Origin: a bacterium
Lineage (GTDB): Bacteria > Krumholzibacteriota > Krumholzibacteriia > G020349025
NCBI GenBank assembly: GCA_031362565.1
Contig: JANLSU010000099.1
Span: 1 to 42,150, forward strand
Direction of reading: 5' to 3'
DNA length: 42,150 bases
Positions 19,410 through 29,181 of the stretch are shown one piece after another (position 1 is the first letter of the stretch; each line of letters opens with the position of its first letter). The notes under the pieces are model-generated. The model made no database searches, was not told where the DNA came from, and was given only the letters and a program-made list of their open reading frames with translations. The translations under genes and the position numbers were made by a program.

Positions 19410-20107
19410 TGCACCACGGAATGCGAATTCGAATCACGGCGGACGGCCGCGAGACCGGCGCCTATGCCGCGATGCCGGGCCCCGACCTCGGCCGGGCACC
19501 GCTCTCGACGCCTGGTGTGCTCGTGTTGCATGCGTGGTGGGGGCTTGGTCCCGAAATCGAATTCCTGTGTGATCGCTTTGCGGCGTTTGGCTATGTCGCG
19601 CTGGCGCCGGATCTCTACGATGGCGACATCGCCCGCACGGTCGATGCAGCCACCGCGCGTCGCAACAGGCTCGACCCGGAGCGCGCCCTCGCGCAATGCG
19701 CCGCCGCGCTTTCGTTTTTACAACACGACATGAATCTTCGTATCGGGCGTGTTGGCGTCTGCGGGTTGAGTCTGGGTGGATCGATGGCATTGCGTCTGGC
19801 GGCGGCCCGGCCGCGTGACGTCGCCGCACTCGTCACCTTCTATGGATTGGCCGCCGATGTGGATGCGGCGCAATTGCGAATGCCGGTCGTCGGCCACTTC
19901 GCGGCGCACGATGCATTTGCGCCAAGCGCCGAAGTGCAGGCCTTCGAATATGCACTGCAGCAGGGCGGCGATGCGTCCGCCGTGCACATTTATCCGGGCA
20001 CCGGTCACTGGTTCTTCGAATCCGACCGGCCGGAAGCGTACGACGTCGCGTCCGCACAGCGCGCTTGGGACCGGACGCTGGCGTTCTTCGACCGGGTCTT
20101 GCCGTGA
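19409..20107 (+). CDS. Dienelactone hydrolase family protein
   Basis: GVLVLHAWWGL, ALAPDLYDG, nucleophile elbow GLSLGG, YPGTGHWF..DRPEAYD..AQRAWDRT; TAATG coupling to the upstream gene. Confidence 0.9.
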   Translation: MHHGMRIRITADGRETGAYAAMPGPDLGRAPLSTPGVLVLHAWWGLGPEIEFLCDRFAAFGYVALAPDLYDGDIARTVDAATARRNRLDPERALAQCAAALSFLQHDMNLRIGRVGVCGLSLGGSMALRLAAARPRDVAALVTFYGLAADVDAAQLRMPVVGHFAAHDAFAPSAEVQAFEYALQQGGDASAVHIYPGTGHWFFESDRPEAYDVASAQRAWDRTLAFFDRVLP

Positions 20108-20164
20108 CCCGGATGGGTGCGTAGCACATTCCGGCGGGAACTTCTGCAAAACAGTCCGGGTGCG

Positions 20165-20173
20165 TGATAGAAT
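20165..20173 (+). promoter_or_regulatory. Putative extended -10 element (TGaTAGAAT) of the GSDH gene
   Basis: Near-consensus TGnTATAAT in an intergenic gap about 70 nt before the start. Confidence 0.35.
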
Positions 20174-20240
20174 GGGCGTCCGGGCCGACGGATTGGCCCC
20201 TCAACTTCATGCCCCCCTGTCTTGTGTCGGAGGTCCCCGC

Positions 20241-22406
20241 GTGCGCCCAAATTTCATCCAACAGCTTGGTCTCGGGATCGCGGCCCTGGTCCTGGCCGTC
20301 GCCGGCATTGCTCAGGGTGCGACGCTGCTCACGACGACACGCGTTGCGAGCGGCCTCACGCTGCCGGTGTACGCGACCGCACCTCCCGGAGATGACAGAC
20401 TCTTCATTGTCGAACAGCGCGGCACCGGCAATCGCGGCCGGATCAAAATCCTGAAGAACGGCGTCGTTCTGCCGAAGGCGTTCTTGACGACCGGCGTTCT
20501 CGCGACCGGCAACGAACAGGGCCTGCTGGGTCTCGCCTTTGCACCCGACTACGCCACGAGCGGCAAGTTCTACATTCACTACAACGATTCGGCCGGCACA
20601 ACACGGTTGGCGCGTTACACCGTTTCCGCCAACCCGGACACCGCGAACCCAGTCGGCACCGTCATCTATTCGGTGGCACAGCCGTTCTCGAATCACAACG
20701 GCGGCTGGATTGCGTTCGGGCCCGACGGCTACCTCTGGATGGGGCTTGGAGACGGCGGGTCGGCCAACGATCCGGGTGACCGTGCGCAGAACTTGAACGT
20801 GCCCCTCGGCAAGATGTTGCGCTTCGACGTGAGCGGCGCACTGGCGGTCGGTGCTCCCGACAATCCGTTTTTTGGACCGACGACGGGTCTCGACGAGATC
20901 TGGGCGTTCGGGTTGCGCAATCCGTGGCGCGACAGCTTCGATCGCTTGACCGGCGATCTCATCATCGGCGACGTGGGTCAAGACGCCATCGAGGAAATTG
21001 ATTTCGCGCCCGCCAGCCAATCGCAGGGCAAGGGGTGGAACTATGGCTGGAGGTGCTATGAGGGCAGCTCAGTCCGCTTGTCGAGCCTGACGACGCCGTG
21101 CGGTTCCTGCACGAACCCGAGCTGCGTGTTCCATTTTCCGGCGTTCGAATACAACCACACGCTGGGGCGCTGCTCGGTCACCGGCGGCTACGTGTATCGC
21201 GGCTGTGCGATCCCGGATCTGCAGGGCACGTACTTCCTGGCCGACTACTGTGGCAACCAGATTTATTCGGGCCGCTTCGTGAATGGTCTGTTGACCGGTG
21301 TCACCGATCGCGCCGCCGAACTCGATCCGCCGGGCACGGTGTCGATCGGCACCGTCACGAGCTTCGGTGAAGATTCCAAGGGTGAGTTGTACATCGTCGA
21401 TCAGGGCGGCGAAATCTTCAAGATCGTGCCGCGCACCGGGGTCGCGGAATCCGACATGCCGACGCTGCGCGTCGCGACCGTGTCCGGTGACTCGCTGGGC
21501 GCGACGACGCCCGGCAATGCTCTGGCGCCCGGTATTCAAGCCTTCGCACGTCCCGGAAGCCGGTTGCGCGGCGTCGGATTCCTGCGCAACGCGGTGGTTC
21601 GTTCTTGCCCCGAGACGAGCGGCAATTGTCTGACGACGCACACGACGCTCGGATCCTGGAACATCGACATGCAGGCATGCGTCGATCCGGACAGTTCGAC
21701 GCTGACCCGGACGTTCGTGTTCACGAATGCGTCGGCGTCGGACCAGCCGTTGGCCTTCGTCGATGTGGTGCCGCCCTATTTGAGTGGCGATCCCGATGAA
21801 GCCCGCGCCTACGACGTGCCGACTGCAACGTCCACGGCGTTGCTTGCGACGTTCGAAGCGAGTCATCCGGCGTTCTTCGTGACCGAACAGGGATTCGCGA
21901 CGGGTGCGGCGTTCGCGATGGATGTCGACTCGCTGCCGCAACTCGAGGCGCGCGTCGCCGGCGATTTGCCGCTCACGAACCGCGCTACGGCAGGCCCGGG
22001 GCGGCTCGGAATGGCGCTGTCGTTCGATTTCGGAACACTCGCCGCGACCAAGAGTGAGTCGTTGACCGTGGTGACGCGCCTGCGCGGCGATGCACCCGTC
22101 GACTCGAACCACGGTACCGAGTTCCTCGTCGCCCCATCGCTGCGTGTCCTCGGTCCGATGCCGTTCAGTGTCTCGCTGCCGCTCGCCTATGGCATTCCAG
22201 CGGCCGGCCATGTGCGGCTCGACGTGTTCGACGTGCGCGGCCGGCGGGTCCGGCGGCTCGTGAACATGGACACCACTGCCGGCACACACCGGGTCGCCTG
22301 GGATGGGCGCGACGATGCCGGACGGTCCCTTGGCGCCGGGATCTACTTCGTGCGCATGGCCTCGATCCAAGGGGAACAATCGGCGCGGGTCGTGCGCGTC
22401 CAGTAG
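20241..22406 (+). CDS. Exported PQQ-dependent sugar dehydrogenase (GSDH/sorbosone type) with extra domain and FlgD-Ig tail
   Basis: RLFIVEQ, EQGLLGLAFAP, NHNGG..FGPDGYL, GLRNPWR, DVGQ..EEID, NYGW, SVTGGYVYRG; GTG start after GGAGG; tail WDGRDDAG..AGIYF. Confidence 0.88.
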   Translation: MRPNFIQQLGLGIAALVLAVAGIAQGATLLTTTRVASGLTLPVYATAPPGDDRLFIVEQRGTGNRGRIKILKNGVVLPKAFLTTGVLATGNEQGLLGLAFAPDYATSGKFYIHYNDSAGTTRLARYTVSANPDTANPVGTVIYSVAQPFSNHNGGWIAFGPDGYLWMGLGDGGSANDPGDRAQNLNVPLGKMLRFDVSGALAVGAPDNPFFGPTTGLDEIWAFGLRNPWRDSFDRLTGDLIIGDVGQDAIEEIDFAPASQSQGKGWNYGWRCYEGSSVRLSSLTTPCGSCTNPSCVFHFPAFEYNHTLGRCSVTGGYVYRGCAIPDLQGTYFLADYCGNQIYSGRFVNGLLTGVTDRAAELDPPGTVSIGTVTSFGEDSKGELYIVDQGGEIFKIVPRTGVAESDMPTLRVATVSGDSLGATTPGNALAPGIQAFARPGSRLRGVGFLRNAVVRSCPETSGNCLTTHTTLGSWNIDMQACVDPDSSTLTRTFVFTNASASDQPLAFVDVVPPYLSGDPDEARAYDVPTATSTALLATFEASHPAFFVTEQGFATGAAFAMDVDSLPQLEARVAGDLPLTNRATAGPGRLGMALSFDFGTLAATKSESLTVVTRLRGDAPVDSNHGTEFLVAPSLRVLGPMPFSVSLPLAYGIPAAGHVRLDVFDVRGRRVRRLVNMDTTAGTHRVAWDGRDDAGRSLGAGIYFVRMASIQGEQSARVVRVQ

Positions 22407-22428
22407 ACGGGTGCCCCGGCTTGACGCC

Positions 22429-23730
22429 TCATTGCAATGCGTACAAATTGCCGTCCATGCTGCCGAAGTAGACGACGCCGTTGTCGACCGCCGGTGACGA
22501 CACGATCGCGCCGATGGACCGGTAGCGGAAGATGTCGAGATACATGTCCTCGAAGTCGCCGAAGACCGGTGCGAAGGCGTCCTGGTTGAAACTGCCGTCG
22601 GGATTCAGCACCTTCATCGGATCGGCCTTCGATGCATCGGTTTGGAACTCCCACATCAGCTTGCCGGTCTTGGCATCGATCGCATACAGCTTGCCGTTGT
22701 GATTGCCCACATAGGCCAGGCCGCCGGCGAGCGCCGCCGACGAGAACATGTAGGCCTTGGCGTCGAAGTTGAATCGCAGCCGTCCCGTTTTCGCATCCAG
22801 CGCGATGAAGCGCGCGCTGTCCGAAGTTCCGACGTAGACCGTGCCGTCGCGGACCGCAGGCGTGCCGATCACCCAGGATTTGCTGGTTGGATAGTCCCAT
22901 TTCTTGCGACCCGTCGCGGCGTCGATCGCATACACGTGCGCGTCGCGGCAGCCGATGTACACGGTTCCATCGACGACCGCCGGCGAAGATTGAAAGCCGA
23001 CCTGATTGTGAATGACCGGATCCTCGCCCGATTTGAAGGACCACTTGAGCTGCCCGGTCTCGGCGTCGATCGCATACAGATGGCTGTCCCAGCTGCCGAT
23101 GTAAACGGTGTTGTTGACGACGGCCGGTGACGAATGGACGACGTCTTGAGTTGGAAACTTCCATTGCAGCACGCCACTGGTGGCATCGACGGCGTACACG
23201 TTGCCGTCGCCGCTGCCGAAGTAGACCTTGCCGTTCGCGACCGCCGGTGATGACGTGAAGACGTCCCAGGCATCGGGGATGGTCTGGGCGGCAGGCGGGT
23301 AGCCGTGCAGATTCTTTGCCTCGAACTTGCGTTCGAATTCGGCCGCAAACACCCACTTGGGCTGGCCGGTCGCGATGTCGATCGCCGCCAACGCACCCGT
23401 CGAGGACACGAAATAGACCGCGCTTCCCGTGACGGCGGGCGACGACGCGATCGGCATCCGTGACTTGAAGTTCCACTTCTCCTTGCCGGTCGCCTGGTCG
23501 ACGGCGTAGAGATGGCCGTCGAGGCTGGCGATATAGACCACGCCGGCGGCGATTGCCGGCGACGTCACGATGGGCCCGCCGGCCTTGAAGATCCACTTGG
23601 GACCGGTGAGCTGGGTGGGGCCCGGCGTCGCGTAGACGCCGGTGCGAGCAACATCGCCGTGAAACGTCGTTTGGGCGAGGGCCGCAGTGGCGGTCAAAAT
23701 GCCCATTACAAAACCGGCGATGCGCTTCAT
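22429..23730 (-). CDS. Exported PQQ-binding-like (BamB-like) beta-propeller repeat protein
   Basis: Repeated SSPAV..G.VY.GS.D..LYA.D..TG...W.F units; signal peptide; RBS GGAGG. Confidence 0.9.
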   Translation of the reverse strand: MKRIAGFVMGILTATAALAQTTFHGDVARTGVYATPGPTQLTGPKWIFKAGGPIVTSPAIAAGVVYIASLDGHLYAVDQATGKEKWNFKSRMPIASSPAVTGSAVYFVSSTGALAAIDIATGQPKWVFAAEFERKFEAKNLHGYPPAAQTIPDAWDVFTSSPAVANGKVYFGSGDGNVYAVDATSGVLQWKFPTQDVVHSSPAVVNNTVYIGSWDSHLYAIDAETGQLKWSFKSGEDPVIHNQVGFQSSPAVVDGTVYIGCRDAHVYAIDAATGRKKWDYPTSKSWVIGTPAVRDGTVYVGTSDSARFIALDAKTGRLRFNFDAKAYMFSSAALAGGLAYVGNHNGKLYAIDAKTGKLMWEFQTDASKADPMKVLNPDGSFNQDAFAPVFGDFEDMYLDIFRYRSIGAIVSSPAVDNGVVYFGSMDGNLYALQ

Positions 23731-23871
23731 TTGGAAATCCTCCGCCCACGGGGATCGATAGACGCTCGTCGGAGGAATCTAACGGATGGCGTGTCGAAGA
23801 CCGCCGGGCAAGGAGGTAAAAACTTGTCTCGGACGTAAACGAACTGTCTTTGGGGTGCCGGTGAGGTGCGG

Positions 23872-24894
23872 TCAGCGCACCAGCGTCACGCGTTGGGTGC
23901 GTACCGCGGCGCCTTGCTCGACACGCACGACGTAGACTCCGGACGGCAGCACGTTGCCGCGCGCGTCGCGCGCATCCCAATTCGAAGTGTGCGGACCGGC
24001 GGATTGCGTCCCGTCGACGAGTGTTGCGACAAGAATGCCGCGGACATCATGCACGGTGGCGTGCACAAGGCCTGCGACGGGTAATTCCCATCGCAGTCTC
24101 GTGGTGGGATTGAACGGATTGGGCCAAGCGGGCGCGAAGACGAGTTCCCCGGGGCCGGGAACCGGCACGTCGGTGACCGAGGTGAACGTCACCGTCAACT
24201 TGGGACGCAACGCCGGCGTCGTTGCCTCGCGAGTGTAGAAGCGGCGCGCCGTGGCCGCGACGCTTTCATCGCCGCGGAGCGCCCAACCGAAGTTCTGGGC
24301 GGGCGTCGCGAGCCATTGCTGCACGTCGGCAACCAGAGCCGGCGTCGAAGTCCAAATGTAGTCGCCCAGTGTTTCGCTGACGTTCTTGGTGGCGCTGGCC
24401 GCCAGCGCGAAATCGCCGCCCGCGCTCGTCCATTGCGTCGTCGAAAAGAAACGGTGCAACCATGTCGCATCGCCCGTCGCTGCCGGGCCGCCCTGTCCAC
24501 CGCCATGGAACGGATCGGTGGCTTCCGATGTGCCTTCGCCCCAACTGGCCGTAACCCGATGCAGGGACATCGCGCGCACGCCACTCGCGCCGGCGGCCCG
24601 ATCGAGCGTCAGTTGGAGAGTGACACCGGTGACCGTGGCTCCCGGTGGGATCAAACTCAGATCGAACACGAGCAAGGCGCGGCGCTTGGATGCCGTTCCG
24701 GTATTGCCCGCGAAGCAATGGTCCCCATGGCCGTTGCTCACCGCACCGGTTGCGTTCTCATAGAGCGTGTTGTCCCGCACCGGTTGGAACGCCAGCGTGT
24801 GGGCGTCGGCGATGCCAAAAGCGGCCATTGCGGCCACCGACGCGAGCGCCCCAATCCGCGACGCACCCCTAAAGCCTGAGATGAAATTGCGCAT
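23872..24894 (-). CDS. Exported DNRLRE/CBM96-like domain protein with FlgD-Ig tail
   Basis: RDNTLYE, RRALLVFDLS.IPPGATVTGVTL, WGEGTS, LVADVQQWL..P..NFGW, RPKLTV, then PNPFNPTT tail; RBS GAGGAG. Confidence 0.8.
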   Translation of the reverse strand: MRNFISGFRGASRIGALASVAAMAAFGIADAHTLAFQPVRDNTLYENATGAVSNGHGDHCFAGNTGTASKRRALLVFDLSLIPPGATVTGVTLQLTLDRAAGASGVRAMSLHRVTASWGEGTSEATDPFHGGGQGGPAATGDATWLHRFFSTTQWTSAGGDFALAASATKNVSETLGDYIWTSTPALVADVQQWLATPAQNFGWALRGDESVAATARRFYTREATTPALRPKLTVTFTSVTDVPVPGPGELVFAPAWPNPFNPTTRLRWELPVAGLVHATVHDVRGILVATLVDGTQSAGPHTSNWDARDARGNVLPSGVYVVRVEQGAAVRTQRVTLVR

Positions 24895-25175
24895 GTCGTC
24901 TCCTCATGGCTTCGTCTCCGCCGCCATGCCGCCCCGCCTTGGCTCGAAGCCTCGGCCCTCCCACGAAGGGTGGCGTGAATCGTACGGGAAACTCCGACAT
25001 GGTACCGTATTGATGCGGGAAATGCACCTACAGCCGAATGATCTGCGGTCTTGGATCGACGGGATTGGGTCAGCCTCGGTTCGGAACCCGCCGCGGGCGT
25101 CTTCCAGGCGGTTTGAAGTCGCCGGGCGGCGCGTGGTACCCTCATGTCTGAAAACACCTTAGCCAGCGAGGAACC

Positions 25176-26993
25176 ATGCAGCCGAACAGCATTCGTGCGT
25201 TTTTGGAGAACGGCCGCCAGGGCCTCAGTGCGGCGCGGACCGCGGTTCGCGCCGGAGCCCGGGTTGTGCTGTTCGTGGTGGCACTCACACCCGCCGTCAC
25301 TTTAGCGGTGCCGCCGCCGGGTTACTACTCCACGGTGGATACGAGCACCCCGGCGCTCATGCGTTCGACGCTGCATGCGGTGATCGACGACCACACCCGC
25401 TTTCCGTATACCTCCGGAAGCACGGACACTTGGAACATCCTCGAGCTGGCAGACCAAGACCCGGCGCAATCGGCGAACATTCTGGATTTATACCGGAACC
25501 GGAGCTTGCTCAAGATTGGTGGCGGCACGGGTCCGTACAACCGCGAGCACACGTGGCCCAACAGCCTCGGCTTCCCGACCGATGGCTCCACCAACTATCC
25601 GTACACGGATTGCCACCACCTCTTCCTGTGTGACGTGGGTTACAACTCCGATCGTGGCAACATGCCCTACGGCAATTGCGCGCCGGGATCGACCGAGCGG
25701 GTGACCGACGTGAACGACGGGCAGGGCGGTGGATCCGGTACATTTCCGGGCAATTCCAACTGGTTCAACGCCAGCGTGTGGCAGACCTGGAACGGTCGCA
25801 AGGGCGATGTCGCGCGGGCCATGTTCTACATGGATGTTCGCTACGAAGGGACAATCCACAGTATCACGCATGTCCAGGAACCGAATCTGATCCTCACCGA
25901 CAACCCGGCCCTGATTCAGATCACCGGCGGCAATGCCTCGGTCGCCTACATGGGGCTCTTGTCGGATCTCATCCAGTGGAATGCTCAGGATCCGCCGGAT
26001 GCGCGCGAGCGCGCCCACACCGACGCCGTCTTCAGCTTTCAGGGCAATCGCAATCCCTTCGTCGACCATCCGGAATGGTTGAACCTGATCTTCGTCCCGA
26101 GCACCGGACCGACGGTTGCTTCCATTCTGGACGTGCCGGCGGACCAGGGTGGCCAGTTGCAAATCGACTGGCAGCGCAACTCTCTCGACGTCGTGGGTTC
26201 GGTGGCGCCGATCGCCCAGTATACGATTCAGCGGTTCCAGGGTTCATGGGTTGACGTCGGCGTGCAGCCGGCTAATCAATCCGCCAACTACTCGCTTGTC
26301 ATCAACACCAACGACATCGCGTCGCCCGGGAATCCGCAACCGTTCTCGCAATACCGCGTCGTCGCGATCGAAACGGGCGGTGCCGTGCGTCCTTCCGCCG
26401 CGGCCCAGGCCTTCTCGGTCGACAATCTGGCGCCACCGACCCCGGTCGTGACGCTCAACACGAATGCCACCCCGTGGGTCGTTTCGTGGACGGCGCCTGG
26501 GATCTCCGACTTCAACGAAGCGTGCGTGTTTCGCGGCGATACGCCTGGATTCGTGCCGTCGACGGCGCTCGCGTGCGCTGCCGGCACGCAGTACCTCGAA
26601 TTCGACACCAACCCGCACTATTACGTCGTGCAGTTTTCCGACACGCATGGCAACCTGAGCAGCTTCAGCGCCGAGGTCGGCTCCGTCGCGACCGACGTGC
26701 CCGCGGCGCGGCGGTTGCAGACTGCAATCACGCAAGTGTCGCCGAACCCCTTCAATCCGACGACCCGCGTGACGTTCTCGCTCGCCGCCCCGGGCCGGGC
26801 CCGCATCGACATCTTCACGCCCGATGGCCGGTTCGTGCGCACGCTCTTCGACCAACAGCGGAGCGCCGGTGAGTTCAATGTGATGTGGGACGGGACCGAC
26901 GGCCGCGGTGGCCGGACGGCAACCGGCCCTTACTTGTTGCGATTGCAAAGCGGCGGCCGGGTCGACACGGAGAAAGTGCTGCTGCTGAAATAG
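25176..26993 (+). CDS. Exported endonuclease I (EndA/Bsn-like His-Me nuclease) with FlgD-Ig tail
   Basis: YNREHTWP, DCHHLF..D...NSDRGN, KGDVARAMFYMDVRYEG, QGNRNPFVDHPEW; tail PNPFNPTT..WDGTD. Confidence 0.9.
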   Translation: MQPNSIRAFLENGRQGLSAARTAVRAGARVVLFVVALTPAVTLAVPPPGYYSTVDTSTPALMRSTLHAVIDDHTRFPYTSGSTDTWNILELADQDPAQSANILDLYRNRSLLKIGGGTGPYNREHTWPNSLGFPTDGSTNYPYTDCHHLFLCDVGYNSDRGNMPYGNCAPGSTERVTDVNDGQGGGSGTFPGNSNWFNASVWQTWNGRKGDVARAMFYMDVRYEGTIHSITHVQEPNLILTDNPALIQITGGNASVAYMGLLSDLIQWNAQDPPDARERAHTDAVFSFQGNRNPFVDHPEWLNLIFVPSTGPTVASILDVPADQGGQLQIDWQRNSLDVVGSVAPIAQYTIQRFQGSWVDVGVQPANQSANYSLVINTNDIASPGNPQPFSQYRVVAIETGGAVRPSAAAQAFSVDNLAPPTPVVTLNTNATPWVVSWTAPGISDFNEACVFRGDTPGFVPSTALACAAGTQYLEFDTNPHYYVVQFSDTHGNLSSFSAEVGSVATDVPAARRLQTAITQVSPNPFNPTTRVTFSLAAPGRARIDIFTPDGRFVRTLFDQQRSAGEFNVMWDGTDGRGGRTATGPYLLRLQSGGRVDTEKVLLLK

Positions 26994-27005
26994 AAAGGGT
27001 CCAAC

Positions 27006-29078
27006 ATGGCTCGCCTCGCCGCCACGCGGACGCTGTTCGCGGTCGCCATCCTTTGGGCTACGGCCGCCCAGGCCGACGACGGAATGTGGACGCTCGATAA
27101 CCTGCCGGTGCAACGCCTGCAGGAACGGTACGGCTTCACACCCACACCGCAATGGGTCGAGCACGTCCAGAAGTCCTGCGTCAACTTCGGCGGCGGTTCC
27201 GGGGCGTTCGTCTCACCACAGGGCCTGGTCCTTACCAACCACCACGTCGCCCTCAATCAACTGCAAAAAATGTCGTCGCCCGAACATAACTACCTGCGCG
27301 ACGGGTTTTTCGCCCACGATCCGGGCGAAGAAATGGCGTGCCCGGATCTCGAACTCAAGGTGCTGTGGTCGATGGAGGACGTCACCGCTAAGGTCACTGG
27401 CGCCATCGACGCGAAGGCCTCACGCGAGCAGCAGAGCACGCAGCGCAAAGCCGTGATCGCCAAGCTGGAACAAGAATCCACCCAGGCGACCGGTCTCAAG
27501 ACCGAATCCGTCGAGCTGTACAACGGCGGCGAATATTGGCTGTACCGCTATCGCACTTTCAAGGACGTGCGGCTCGTGTGCGCCCCCGAGGAGCAAATCG
27601 CCTTCTACGGCGGCGATCTGGACAACTTCTCGTTTCCGCGCCACGATCTCGACTTCGCGTTTTTTCGCGTCTATGAGAATGGCAAGCCGCTGCATCCCGA
27701 GCATTGGATTCGCTGGAGCCCGTCCGGCGTCAAGGAAGGCGACCTGACGTTCGTGGTCGGACATCCGGGGCGCACCGGGCGGTTGCGGACGATGGCGCAA
27801 CTGGCGTACGAGCGCGAATTCCAGCGGCCGACGCGGATCAAAATTCAGGAGCAGCGCCTGGCCGCGTGCCGCGCCTACGCAGCGCAGGGCTCGGAGCCCG
27901 AGCGGCAGACGGTCAATACGGTGCGCGGACTCGAGAACAACCTCAAGCGCGAACGCGGCTTCTTGGAAATCTTGAGTGATCCCAAGTTCATCGCCACCAA
28001 GCAGTCGATGGAAGACGCGTTGCGCGCCCGAGTCGCCAAGAATGAGGCCGTTGCGAGCGCCGATGCGGCCGCCTGGGAGGGCATTGCCGCCTGCCAAAAG
28101 GTGCTGGCGCAAAAGGGCAATGCGCGCTTCTACCACGACATGGCGCGGGTTTCGCGTTTGGTGGATATCGCCAATGGTTTGGTGCGCATGTCGGCCGAAC
28201 TCGAGAAGCCCAACGAGCAGCGTCTAAAGGAATACCGCGAGTCGAACCTGGCGTCGCAGCGCTTCCAATTGTTCTCGCGGGCGCCCGTCTACCCGGCAAT
28301 GGAAGAGCACATGCTGACGTCGTATTTGCAGATGTGTGTCGACGCGCTGGGCCCGAAGGACGAATTCGTCAAGACGGCTCTGGCGGGGCACACCCCGGGC
28401 GAAGTGGCGCACGAGCTACTCGCCGGCACCAAGTTGGCCGATGTGGCGGAGCGTAAGCGGCTCTTGGAAGGCGGGCGCAAGGCCATCGAAGCGTCCAAAG
28501 ATCCGCTCATCCTGTGGGCGCGCCGCATGGATGTTCCGTACCGTGCCGAGCGCCAGTGGATGGAAGACAATGTCGAAATCGTCGAGTCCCTCGAAGGCGC
28601 CCACATTGCGCACGCGCGTTTCGCTCTGGACGGCAAGTCTAGCTATCCTGACGCGACCGGGACTCTGCGCCTGTCTTACGGCAAGACCGCCGGCTACCGG
28701 CAGCTCTCGACCGAAGTGCCGTGGCGGACGACGTTCCTCGGTTTGTTCGATCGTGCCAAATCGTTCGACAACCGCCGGCCGTTCGACGTGCCGGAGCGCG
28801 TCGCCGCGGCGCAGGGCGCCATCGACTTGTCGACGACACTCGATTTCGTCACCACCAACGACATCATCGGCGGCAACTCGGGCAGTCCGGTGCTGGATCG
28901 CAATGGTGACTACGTCGGGCTGGTGTTCGACGGCAACATCCAGTCGTTCCTGTGGGACTTCGGATATTCCGACGAACAAGCGCGCTGCGTAGCGGTGGAT
29001 TCACGCGGCATCACCGAGGCGCTCCGGAAGATCTACGCCATGGGCTCGCTCGCCGACGAACTGACCCCAGTGCAGTAA
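27006..29078 (+). CDS. S46 family dipeptidyl peptidase (DPP7/DAP BII type)
   Basis: Signal peptide then DDGMW; TNHHV; DFAFFRVY; YPDATGTLRLSYG; DIIGGNSGSP; FDGN (Gly at the S1 site, as in DPP7 rather than Arg in DPP11). Confidence 0.93.
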   Translation: MARLAATRTLFAVAILWATAAQADDGMWTLDNLPVQRLQERYGFTPTPQWVEHVQKSCVNFGGGSGAFVSPQGLVLTNHHVALNQLQKMSSPEHNYLRDGFFAHDPGEEMACPDLELKVLWSMEDVTAKVTGAIDAKASREQQSTQRKAVIAKLEQESTQATGLKTESVELYNGGEYWLYRYRTFKDVRLVCAPEEQIAFYGGDLDNFSFPRHDLDFAFFRVYENGKPLHPEHWIRWSPSGVKEGDLTFVVGHPGRTGRLRTMAQLAYEREFQRPTRIKIQEQRLAACRAYAAQGSEPERQTVNTVRGLENNLKRERGFLEILSDPKFIATKQSMEDALRARVAKNEAVASADAAAWEGIAACQKVLAQKGNARFYHDMARVSRLVDIANGLVRMSAELEKPNEQRLKEYRESNLASQRFQLFSRAPVYPAMEEHMLTSYLQMCVDALGPKDEFVKTALAGHTPGEVAHELLAGTKLADVAERKRLLEGGRKAIEASKDPLILWARRMDVPYRAERQWMEDNVEIVESLEGAHIAHARFALDGKSSYPDATGTLRLSYGKTAGYRQLSTEVPWRTTFLGLFDRAKSFDNRRPFDVPERVAAAQGAIDLSTTLDFVTTNDIIGGNSGSPVLDRNGDYVGLVFDGNIQSFLWDFGYSDEQARCVAVDSRGITEALRKIYAMGSLADELTPVQ

Positions 29079-29086
29079 CGCCAAGC

Positions 29087-29120
29087 GGACGGCGCGTGCC
29101 CCACGTGCACGCCGCCGTCC
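29087..29120. terminator. Hairpin between convergent genes
   Basis: GGACGGCG-CGTGC / GCACG-c-CGCCGTCC imperfect inverted repeat 8 nt after the S46 stop. Confidence 0.45.
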
Positions 29121-29181
29121 GGCTCAGGCCGGTTGTTCACCGGCCCATCATGTCCAGGTGCAGTCCGCGGTCACCGCGCGT

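Noticed and set aside
19755..19790. Ser instead of Cys nucleophile in the dienelactone hydrolase
   Set aside because: G-x-S-x-G variants are common in this family and not unusual.
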